64,000 nt of DNA from a virus: IMG/VR virus record IMGVR_UViG_3300032213_001070, positions 20,215 to 84,214 of that record. One strand, 5' to 3'. Each line of letters begins with the position of its first letter. Position 1 is the first letter of the stretch. Made by a program: the position numbers and the translations under genes. The notes under the pieces are model-generated. The model ran no database searches. It had not been told where the DNA came from and saw nothing but the letters and a program-made list of their open reading frames with translations. Positions 1 to 8,992 of this stretch are shown here, one piece after another.

Positions 1-774
1 ACAATGAGCTATGATCCTAAGAATAAGTTCTGGATTAGTTTCCATGACTGGCACCCGGATCTTACAATTCCTACAAAAGATGTGTTCTTAACTAGTAAGA
101 ATAATACTATATGGAAACATAATTTGCTATGTAATGATTACTGTAAGTTCTATGGAGTTAACTATCCATTTGAAATAGAAATTCCAATACCTACTGGACA
201 GTCAGTTACAACAGTAAAGTCTATAGAGTATATACTAGAATGCTATAGAAGATCTGCCTTTAACTGTGTAGATCAATTCCATGTATTAGACTTTAACTTT
301 GATCATGCTGTTATCTATAATACAGAACAAGTTTCCGGATATCTAAATCTTAATCTATTCCCTAAGAATAATATATCTTTGAGTCTACAGTATCCTAAGT
401 TAAATCCTAACCTAGCATCTTATGATGTACTTTATTCTAAAGAAGAACAGAAGTATAGAATAAATCAATTCTGGGATATAACTAGAGATAGAGCAGAGTT
501 TCCTATTGGGTCTAATTACCCTCCAACGGGACCTCTAATTCCAGGAACTACAATCTTGCAAGGTAATTATGATGATCAATATATTTGGTTAACTGGTCCT
601 GATGGATATAGCAGAACTCTTAATCCGGCAAATATGGATTATACTAAACCATTATTGCAAAGAAAAAAATTCAGACATTACTTAAATTACATAACTTTAA
701 GAAAAGATATTTCTGGAGATGTAAACATGATCTTCAAATTACTTAATACAAAGAATCAGCAATCACCTAGATAA
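1..774 (+). CDS. C-terminal part of a crAss-like tail (stabilization/muzzle-type) structural protein; probably begins upstream of the window
   Basis: Frame is open from base 1. The SYDP..WISFHDWHP segment resembles crAss-like tail protein C-termini, and the gene lies directly before the cargo genes. Confidence 0.55.
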   Translation, partial: TMSYDPKNKFWISFHDWHPDLTIPTKDVFLTSKNNTIWKHNLLCNDYCKFYGVNYPFEIEIPIPTGQSVTTVKSIEYILECYRRSAFNCVDQFHVLDFNFDHAVIYNTEQVSGYLNLNLFPKNNISLSLQYPKLNPNLASYDVLYSKEEQKYRINQFWDITRDRAEFPIGSNYPPTGPLIPGTTILQGNYDDQYIWLTGPDGYSRTLNPANMDYTKPLLQRKKFRHYLNYITLRKDISGDVNMIFKLLNTKNQQSPR

Positions 775-3029
775 TGTTTAATAAAAAAGTTTTACAACAA
801 GCAGTTAAGGATTTAGATAAGGCTAAGAAACCAGCTAAGTCAAAAGATATTATTGTAGACCCTAGAGGTCAATGGGCTTTCCCGGGAGAAGTAACTAGAA
901 TACCTTCTAATACAATTACTATGGAAGGAGTAGATTATCCTGTACTTGGTATACCCAATTATGGAGAACCAAAGATAATGATGCCGGGACAGTACTATGA
1001 GTTTCCAGAAGCTGACTATGTTGATGAGTATCCTGAGTTTGCTGAAGGCGGTAGTGCAGGATGCCCTAAAGGATTTTATTATAATGGAAAAGAATGTGTT
1101 AAAAGTTTTGTTCCTGTAGCAAAACAAACACCAAAAGCAAAATCAGTTACAAAAAATAAAAAAGAACAAGAATTACTTGATTACGGTAAAAAAACTTTAC
1201 CTAATAAAAAAGTTACAAGTAAACCTATTGACAATATACCTTTTTATGGTGATATTAGTAATGCTGTGCAACCTGATGATTTAATAGAAAATATAGTAGA
1301 AGTTGCAGACCCTACTGGAGTTTTTTCTTGGGATGATGCTTATAGAGCAAAAACAGCATGGGATAAATCAGGTTCTAAATATCCTAGTGCAAATCAAGTT
1401 TTAGATATGTTTGGAGCCGTTCCAGGCTTAGGTAAATTAGGAAAACTAAAGTATTTAAAAAATGCAAGTGCTATAAAAAATTCTATGAAATATGTAGCAC
1501 CTGCATTTGGAGTTATTCCTTGGCAACAAATAGTAAACGCAGTTGATACAGGTCAAGATATTAATCAAGACAATATTAAATTTCAAGATGGTGGAGAATA
1601 TGTAGAACTAGATCTTACTCCAGAAGAAATACAAGAGTATGCTAAAGGAGGTTACATTGTAGAAGATATCTCTGTACCTTTATTAACAAAAGCACAAAGA
1701 GGTTTATTTAAGAAAAAAGATAAACAAGACCCAAACAAGTTAGAATATAGAGAACCTGTAAAAGTAGAAGATGATCTTGTAGAATCAGTAACTCCTTTTC
1801 CAGAGGCTCCTGAAGATTTTAAAAAAGGTGTAGCTAACTTAAAAGAAGTAGAAGCAGGTCCTTATTGGCTTGGTATATCAAGAGAATATTCTGGTAAACA
1901 TAATAAACAAGCATATATAGATAAAAAGAAAAGACAATATCTTAGAAATACCAATAGAGGTTTAGCAAAAGCTGCTGGGCTTAATATGGAAAATTTTCCT
2001 AAAGATGTAGAAAAGAACTTTATCAATGAATACAACTACAAGAGAAATAACTATGTAGTAAAGAATCTTTTTAAAAATGCAGGTGTATCACCTAATAAGA
2101 GAGAAGAATGGGTTGATACAATAAATTCAGATAATAATGCAGATGTAAGAGCATTAATTAAAAATTCTAAATATGGTAATAAACTTAAACCAAGTATTTG
2201 GGCTAGAACCTTAGCAGGTCTTGGTACAATGGCTTCTAAGTTTAGTCCAGAGATTGCTGATGCAATGGAGCGGGGTGATTTACCTGGTTTAACTAGAGAA
2301 GAACAAAGAGCTATTAAAAATGCAAATATTAAAGGCATTCCTGTAGGAGGCATAGAAGCATTAGCAGGAGCAGACGCAGTTGGTGTAGCACTGGCTAATG
2401 CAGTAGAAGCATCTGGTAATGAATCATACGGAGGTGATTATAAAAAAGCACCCGGATTATTATCAGGAGATGTAATGCCAAAGATTACTGATGATCAGAT
2501 AGCTGTATTAAATCCGTCTACATATACTGTTGGTTATGATTTGGCTCCTGTAGGAAAAGGTCTTTTAAAAGGTGTAACTAAAATTGGTAAAGCAAGTGTT
2601 AAAGCTGGAAAAGCCGGTATTAAATCAGGTAAGAAATTTGGAAAAAGTATATCTGAAATAGATTTAAAACCTGCTATGGGAAAGTTACAAGCTCATTTTG
2701 ACAGACCTCCCGGACCACTTATGCTTGGTATGTCTAAAGGTGCTATCTTTGATAAAGAAATTAAGAACCCTGATTACTTTACTGATTTAATGAAGATTAA
2801 TAAATATAGTCCAAAGCAAAAGAAGTATTATGAAGGGCTTGTTAACTCAGTTAAGAAGCAAGGTAACATGGCTAGTCAAAAACAATATGATGAACTTCAA
2901 AGGCTTAAAACTGGAGATACTAATTATGGTAAAAAAGGTTATGCAAAAGGAGGAATTGTATCTGATTTATCCAGAAAAGAAATTGATAAGCTTGTAGCTC
3001 AAGGTTATATAGTAGAAACTGTGGACTAA
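774..3029 (+). CDS. Putative internal virion/cargo protein, 751 aa, modular with x-x-x-G-G motifs
   Basis: Long ORF coupled to the previous gene (TAATG). Contains FAEGG, FQDGG and YAKGG (x2) motifs. Confidence 0.6.
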   Translation: MFNKKVLQQAVKDLDKAKKPAKSKDIIVDPRGQWAFPGEVTRIPSNTITMEGVDYPVLGIPNYGEPKIMMPGQYYEFPEADYVDEYPEFAEGGSAGCPKGFYYNGKECVKSFVPVAKQTPKAKSVTKNKKEQELLDYGKKTLPNKKVTSKPIDNIPFYGDISNAVQPDDLIENIVEVADPTGVFSWDDAYRAKTAWDKSGSKYPSANQVLDMFGAVPGLGKLGKLKYLKNASAIKNSMKYVAPAFGVIPWQQIVNAVDTGQDINQDNIKFQDGGEYVELDLTPEEIQEYAKGGYIVEDISVPLLTKAQRGLFKKKDKQDPNKLEYREPVKVEDDLVESVTPFPEAPEDFKKGVANLKEVEAGPYWLGISREYSGKHNKQAYIDKKKRQYLRNTNRGLAKAAGLNMENFPKDVEKNFINEYNYKRNNYVVKNLFKNAGVSPNKREEWVDTINSDNNADVRALIKNSKYGNKLKPSIWARTLAGLGTMASKFSPEIADAMERGDLPGLTREEQRAIKNANIKGIPVGGIEALAGADAVGVALANAVEASGNESYGGDYKKAPGLLSGDVMPKITDDQIAVLNPSTYTVGYDLAPVGKGLLKGVTKIGKASVKAGKAGIKSGKKFGKSISEIDLKPAMGKLQAHFDRPPGPLMLGMSKGAIFDKEIKNPDYFTDLMKINKYSPKQKKYYEGLVNSVKKQGNMASQKQYDELQRLKTGDTNYGKKGYAKGGIVSDLSRKEIDKLVAQGYIVETVD

Positions 3030-3071
3030 ACTTTATAAGTTTACCCATTAAATTAAAAATTAGTATATTTA
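3027..3071 (+). promoter_or_regulatory. Putative late promoter: TAAACTTTATAAGTTTA-N20-TATATTTA
   Basis: Repeated with identical spacing at 8907-8951. Resembles the Bacteroidota -33 TTTG / -7 TAnnTTTG promoter. Confidence 0.55.
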
Positions 3072-3086
3072 ATTATAAACACAATT

Positions 3087-5840
3087 ATGGCAAAAGTAAG
3101 AATACGCAAAGCCGGTCCAGGAGAGAAACCTGGATATTATAATAAAACAGCAATGTTCTTGAAAAAGGCACAGGACGGAATGCAAGTAGAATCATATGCT
3201 CCTACTAGCCAAGAAGAAATGCTCCAAGCTTATTATATGTATGCATATGGTCAACTAGTTAATGATGTTGAACCAGATAATGTGTATAATGAATTAGTTG
3301 ACAAAGGTCTACCGCAACAAATTGCAGTTAGACTTATTGACTCTCTCATGGATAGATTAACAGAAGAAGGAGAAATCAGTCCAGAGTATAAACAAAACAA
3401 AGAGGCACAAGCACAAGCAGAAGCAAAACAAGAACAACCTGCAGAAGAGACATCAGAAGAAGAAACACCTGCAGAAGCAGAAGATGAGTCTATGTATGAA
3501 GAAGATCAAGAGATGGCTGACTTAGAAGAAGGCTATGCTGATGATAGATCATACATGCAAGATGGAGGTGAGCAAGAGGAAGAAGATGTTGAATATAGTG
3601 AAGATGGTGCATCAGCTGTAATAGATCAGTATGATGAAGTAAAGCAAGGATCACAAGATGAAGTTACAAACATTGATGAGTTGATTGCAAATACTCCAGG
3701 TATACAACCTGGTTTAAACTTTCCTGGTTTAGCAGAATATGTTCCAGATTATCAAGAGATAGAGTGGCAACCAATTGATGCTTTAGAAACTTCTCAAGCT
3801 GAAGTACCGCAAGAAATGAAGCATGGTGGTGCTCATAATAAAAGAAACTTTGTAAAAAATGTAATGTCTCTTCTAAAAAAACAAGATGGTGGTGAAGGAG
3901 AAGAGGAGCAAAAAGAAGATAAATCATTAGGCAAAGGTAATCCTATGGATACTATAACTGATGATGTAAAAAAACATAAGAACAATTTCCTAGATGCTAT
4001 TAAGACTAAAGCTACTAAAGTTAAGACAGAAGAGATGTATGATAAGATGATGAAGTCAAATGACCCATCATTACAGCAAATGGCAATGCAAGGAGAACAG
4101 CCTGAAGAACAACCATATCAAATGGGTGGAATGACAGGTGGTGAAGATCCATTATACAAATTTTTTGGTGGTGGTGAAGAAGATCCTGATTACTATGAAG
4201 CAGACTTTTTACCAGAAGCTCAGTATGGAGCTAATGTTCCAAATGCAACTGAGATTAATGACTATATTAAAAAAGTCATTGAACAAAATAAAAAAAATAA
4301 CAAGGGTAATAAATCAACAGTAGTACCTAAGGCTACAATTAAATATGTACCTAGATATCATACTGGACCTGGATCATTCCGTAATGTTATGCTACCTTGG
4401 AATCCTATATTTGGTAACAGATATATGTTACAAGGTAGTCCGTACATGTTAGGATCACGTATGCCATATATGGATCCATTAACTGGAATGAAACCTGTTG
4501 CTAGACACGTCAGCAAAAGAGGAATCTTAGGTAGACCAAAACAATGGACAGATATATACTCTGTAGATGCTATGGGTAAATTACCTAATATGGATCCTAG
4601 TGTATTTAAATATTTAGGATTATCTAATAACTCAACTCCTAATAAGGTTTTACCAACAAGTGGTAGGTCAGATACTTCAGGACTTACTCTTCCTTCTAAA
4701 ACAGCTATAAAAGCTGGTGAAAGAGAAATGGCTAGAAATGCTAGAAGATTAGCTAGAAATCCAGAGTTACTTGAAGTTGGACCTCCTGCAGCTAAAACAG
4801 TTCCTGATAACTCTGAGACAGAAAAATTCTTACATCAAAGAAAACAACAAGGATATGTTTTAGATGAGAATGGTAACTGGATAAAGATAGGTACTCCAAA
4901 AATGGAAATCAGAAAACCAGAGAGAGAATCTAAACTAGCAGGAGTTGATAGAATTAATTATGAGAAAACAATTAGAGAATCTGGTTCTAGAGCTGATCAG
5001 GAAAGACCAATTGGTAATAGAGCATATGAGGAAAGAAACAGAAGAATATCTCCTTCAAAAGAAAAACTGAATGAGCTCTATAGTAGAGATGTAATGGAAG
5101 AGCAAAGATATGGAGGAATACATAGATTTATCCCAAAAGCAAATAATGGTTTAACTATTAATAATCCTAATCTTCCACAGCCAGGTCCAGCTAATCCTGA
5201 TCTTGCTGTAGGAAATCAAGCAGGAATGTTAACTATGCAACCACAACAACAAGCATGGTCATCATTAACACCTAATGTACCACAACAACAATCTAATCAA
5301 CCTATATCATTACCAACCAGAAGTTCTAAAGAAGTTGGTCAACAATTAATGGACAGTAGTAAAAAGAAACTAGAAGGTGAAGCTGACATGGATCCTAAAG
5401 GTAACTTAGTAGGAGTTGACTATAAAAGAAAACGTAACTTTGATGGTGAAGCAGCAGTAAACATATTTAATGCAGGTATGAGAGGTGTAACAGGATTCTT
5501 AAATAGAAGAGATGATAAGAGAAAAGAAGCACAAATGTATGATAATATGACATCTGACAATCTTTATGCAGCACAAGCTACTAAACACCGTGGTGACTGG
5601 GTAGACTTAGGTTCTCAAATGGGTCAATTCCGTTTTGATCAAATGGGTCAAGACAGAAGCGGTTTCTCATCATATGGTAAATATGGTGGTTACATGCAGG
5701 ATGGTGGAGAAATGGACTATGCTCCTGAAGAAGATTACCAAGATTTTACACCTAGTTATGAAGAGGGTGATGAAGTTTATATGACTGAGGATGACATTCA
5801 ACAATTTATGGCCAATGGTGGTCAAATAGAATATATATAA
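3087..5840 (+). CDS. Putative internal virion/cargo protein, 917 aa, acidic and low-complexity
   Basis: Long ORF with many MQDGG/MKHGG/YQMGG/GKYGG motifs; no Cys seen. Confidence 0.6.
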   Translation: MAKVRIRKAGPGEKPGYYNKTAMFLKKAQDGMQVESYAPTSQEEMLQAYYMYAYGQLVNDVEPDNVYNELVDKGLPQQIAVRLIDSLMDRLTEEGEISPEYKQNKEAQAQAEAKQEQPAEETSEEETPAEAEDESMYEEDQEMADLEEGYADDRSYMQDGGEQEEEDVEYSEDGASAVIDQYDEVKQGSQDEVTNIDELIANTPGIQPGLNFPGLAEYVPDYQEIEWQPIDALETSQAEVPQEMKHGGAHNKRNFVKNVMSLLKKQDGGEGEEEQKEDKSLGKGNPMDTITDDVKKHKNNFLDAIKTKATKVKTEEMYDKMMKSNDPSLQQMAMQGEQPEEQPYQMGGMTGGEDPLYKFFGGGEEDPDYYEADFLPEAQYGANVPNATEINDYIKKVIEQNKKNNKGNKSTVVPKATIKYVPRYHTGPGSFRNVMLPWNPIFGNRYMLQGSPYMLGSRMPYMDPLTGMKPVARHVSKRGILGRPKQWTDIYSVDAMGKLPNMDPSVFKYLGLSNNSTPNKVLPTSGRSDTSGLTLPSKTAIKAGEREMARNARRLARNPELLEVGPPAAKTVPDNSETEKFLHQRKQQGYVLDENGNWIKIGTPKMEIRKPERESKLAGVDRINYEKTIRESGSRADQERPIGNRAYEERNRRISPSKEKLNELYSRDVMEEQRYGGIHRFIPKANNGLTINNPNLPQPGPANPDLAVGNQAGMLTMQPQQQAWSSLTPNVPQQQSNQPISLPTRSSKEVGQQLMDSSKKKLEGEADMDPKGNLVGVDYKRKRNFDGEAAVNIFNAGMRGVTGFLNRRDDKRKEAQMYDNMTSDNLYAAQATKHRGDWVDLGSQMGQFRFDQMGQDRSGFSSYGKYGGYMQDGGEMDYAPEEDYQDFTPSYEEGDEVYMTEDDIQQFMANGGQIEYI

Positions 5841-5849
5841 TTTTATATT

Positions 5850-8800
5850 ATGTTAAGAAGAGTAAGAATTAAAAAGCTACCCCAAGCTAAAACAGGATAC
5901 CAAGTAAGAGGATCATTATATAATGATGTACCTTCTATGGGTGGTGGCGCAGACTATAATGCATATATAGGTGAACCACATTTAAAAGCTAGTAAATATA
6001 TTACTGCTGTTCCTAGAGAAGAAGCTAACTTAGAAGCAGAAGGTGGTGAAACTGTATTTGGTGATATCAATGGAGATGGTATGCCAGAACATAAAACTAT
6101 CAAAGGCCCTAGACACTCTGAAGGCGGAGTACCTTTAAAACTTCCTGATGATAGTTTTATTTTCAGTGATACTAAGTCAATGAAAATGAAAGAACCAAAC
6201 TTCCTTGCTATGTTTGGTAAAAAAACCGGATCATATACACCAGCAGAACTTGCTAAACAGTATGATGTAGAAAGATATAGAAAGATACTACAGGATCCTA
6301 ATTCAGATATGTTAGATAAAAAGACAGCTGAATTAATGTTAAAAAACTATACACTTAAGTTAGGAGCTTTAGCATTAGCACAAGAAAGCAAGAAAGGATT
6401 CCCGCAGGGTATACCGGCAGTAGCTAGACCATATATGGAAGCTATGGGTATTAAAGATGAAGATGTATTACCTGATCAACAAATTACTTCTACTATTAAG
6501 GAATTAGATCAACAACAAAAGAATAATCAAAGAAGTGCTGCTACTATGGCTTCACCTACTGAAGAACAAGATGAAGAGTATGGTGATGAAGCTGAAGAAG
6601 CACAAATGATGAATAGTGATAGACCTGTTGCAACACCAGAACCTATGGAAGATGAAGCTGCAGGAATGACACCAGAAGAAGCTGAAATGCAGTTTGGTGG
6701 CATGTTATCATCTGATAGAGCATTTGCTTTCCAAAATGGTGGATGGCTTCCAGAAGAAGTTGCAGTATTTACAGGTACTGTACCTTATGCTGAATATGGT
6801 ATGGCTATGGGGGTTAATCCTCAAAACTATGAAGGTAGAAAAAAACATATCCATGGAGCAACAAGATTTTTCCAAAATGGAGGTAACTTACCAAAAGCTC
6901 AAGGAGGAATAGAAGTTGATATAACTGGTATGACACCTCAACAAAGAGATAAAGCCTTAGATGAAGCAAGAACTAAAAATCCAGGTAAAGAAATCAATGT
7001 TATTGAAAATGGTAAAAAGAAATCAGCTAAGTATAAAAAGTTAAAAGCACAAGAGCTTACAGATATAGAAGGAGTGGATATGAAGACATTTGGAAATACT
7101 CCAAACTCTGTAGCTGCTGCTGCTCAATATAAACTTCTTGAGAAGAACTTAAAAGATCCTAAAGTAATGAACAAGCTTTATGAAGAAACAATAAGTTCAT
7201 TAAAAGATAAAAGATCTTATGTGGGTAAAGATGGTGTACAAGGAAAAACTTGGGAAGAAAGAGGAAATGCTTTACCATCTCCTGCAGAAGTAAGAGATCA
7301 GTTCTTAACACATCAGAAAAGAAACTTATCATTCCGTGGACAAAATATAGATCCTAACTTATTTACAGATACTGGTGCAGGATTAGCTCCTGCTGCAGAA
7401 CTTATAAAAAGAGGTGCTATTAATCCTAAGACTGGTAAAAAAATTACTAATGAAGAAGAAGCAAAAGAAGCTAAAGAACATATGCGTCAAACATATGGTG
7501 GTGGAAGAAAAGGTTATACTAAAGATGGTGAAATAATTGATGTTTCTATAGATGAGGTATCAGGTAAGATTGGTATACCATTAGAGAAAGATGAAAAATC
7601 AAGAGCCTTGCAACAAGCTACTTTCCATGGTTATACACATATGGCAGAGAATAAAGGTAATTATGATGCAGATACTCAATATGCACTTAAGAACTTTATT
7701 CCAGAATCATTACAAGCTGGAGTGGGAGATGAGATAAGTATGGGTAAAGGTTTGTTTAAAAATAAAGGTGTACAGATATCTCCTATTGATGACTTTTATA
7801 AACTTGATGATGAAGAATATAAATCTAAAGCTGGTAACACTACATTAGGTCACTTAGCAGGTGCTGGTCTTGAAGAGTATACTTTTGAAGATATAAATGA
7901 AGGACCTTGTGAATGTGAAGATGGGTCTAAACCACAACGTAAAGAAGATGGTACATGTCCATGTGAAACTAAACCTAAAGGTGAAAAACCATGCCCATGT
8001 GAAAAATCTGATGGTACAAAAATTGATGTTGGTGTTAATCCTAATACTGGAGAATGTAATCCATGTGTAGAAGAACAACCCGTTGATATTGAACAACCAG
8101 CTGAATGGTGGTTACAAGATACTATTAAAACTGCCGGAGCATTTGGAGATTTAATGAGTATTAAGAAACATATGCCTTGGGCACCAAGAGTTGATCTTGA
8201 AACACCAAGACCTACATTCTTAGATCCTACTAGAGAGTTAGCTGCTAATGCTGAACAAGCAAATATTCAGACACAGGCTGCTGCACAATTTGCAGGACCT
8301 CAAGCATTATCCGCAAGAGCATCTAGTATTCAAGGTACTGCTGCTAAAAATGCCGCAGATGTATTATCTAAATATAACAATGCTAATGTTAATATAGCAA
8401 ATCAGTTTGAGACACAAGCAACTAATATCCGGAATCAAGAACAGATGATGAATCAAGCTGGTACTCAAAGACTGTATGATCAAAACACAGTAGCTAATCA
8501 GCAGTTTGATAATGCTAAGCTTGCTATGAGAAGTAACTTGAGAAATCAGTATACTAATGCTATTACTAATAGAGCTAAGACAGCTGCTCTTAATGATCTG
8601 TATCCTCAGTATGCGGTTAGCCCGGCTACCGGTGGATTTAATAGATTCCAGAATCCAAAAGATTTTACTGGAGAAAAAACCAGTACTACTAAAACATATG
8701 ATGAATGGCTTAAGTATTATATAGACCAAGGTAACACACCTGAACAAGCTTCTACAAATGCAAAGAATGCAGTAAATACTCAAGCTTCTAGTGGTGGAAC

Positions 8801-8909
8801 TACTGACAAAGCAGCTATGGCAAAACAAATGGGTTATGGAGCATATGGAGGTCAGTTAAAGAAAGGTGGATTTGTGTATGCCGATGTTATCTATCCATTT
8901 ATACTATAA
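5850..8909 (+). CDS. Putative internal virion/cargo protein, 1019 aa
   Basis: ANLEAEGGETV...GPRHSEGGVPL N-terminal segment recalled from crAss-like virion proteins; GG motifs; one Cys cluster. Confidence 0.6.
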   Translation: MLRRVRIKKLPQAKTGYQVRGSLYNDVPSMGGGADYNAYIGEPHLKASKYITAVPREEANLEAEGGETVFGDINGDGMPEHKTIKGPRHSEGGVPLKLPDDSFIFSDTKSMKMKEPNFLAMFGKKTGSYTPAELAKQYDVERYRKILQDPNSDMLDKKTAELMLKNYTLKLGALALAQESKKGFPQGIPAVARPYMEAMGIKDEDVLPDQQITSTIKELDQQQKNNQRSAATMASPTEEQDEEYGDEAEEAQMMNSDRPVATPEPMEDEAAGMTPEEAEMQFGGMLSSDRAFAFQNGGWLPEEVAVFTGTVPYAEYGMAMGVNPQNYEGRKKHIHGATRFFQNGGNLPKAQGGIEVDITGMTPQQRDKALDEARTKNPGKEINVIENGKKKSAKYKKLKAQELTDIEGVDMKTFGNTPNSVAAAAQYKLLEKNLKDPKVMNKLYEETISSLKDKRSYVGKDGVQGKTWEERGNALPSPAEVRDQFLTHQKRNLSFRGQNIDPNLFTDTGAGLAPAAELIKRGAINPKTGKKITNEEEAKEAKEHMRQTYGGGRKGYTKDGEIIDVSIDEVSGKIGIPLEKDEKSRALQQATFHGYTHMAENKGNYDADTQYALKNFIPESLQAGVGDEISMGKGLFKNKGVQISPIDDFYKLDDEEYKSKAGNTTLGHLAGAGLEEYTFEDINEGPCECEDGSKPQRKEDGTCPCETKPKGEKPCPCEKSDGTKIDVGVNPNTGECNPCVEEQPVDIEQPAEWWLQDTIKTAGAFGDLMSIKKHMPWAPRVDLETPRPTFLDPTRELAANAEQANIQTQAAAQFAGPQALSARASSIQGTAAKNAADVLSKYNNANVNIANQFETQATNIRNQEQMMNQAGTQRLYDQNTVANQQFDNAKLAMRSNLRNQYTNAITNRAKTAALNDLYPQYAVSPATGGFNRFQNPKDFTGEKTSTTKTYDEWLKYYIDQGNTPEQASTNAKNAVNTQASSGGTTDKAAMAKQMGYGAYGGQLKKGGFVYADVIYPFIL

Positions 8910-8951
8910 ACTTTATATGTTTATTAAACTTTAAAAATTTTAATAGCTTTA
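8907..8951 (+). promoter_or_regulatory. Putative late promoter: TAAACTTTATATGTTTA-N20-TAGCTTTA
   Basis: Second copy of the 3027-3071 element (16/17 identical upstream box, same 20-nt spacer). Confidence 0.55.
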
Positions 8952-8992
8952 CAACAAAGAAAAAACAAAACAACTTTTAAATACTTATAAAT

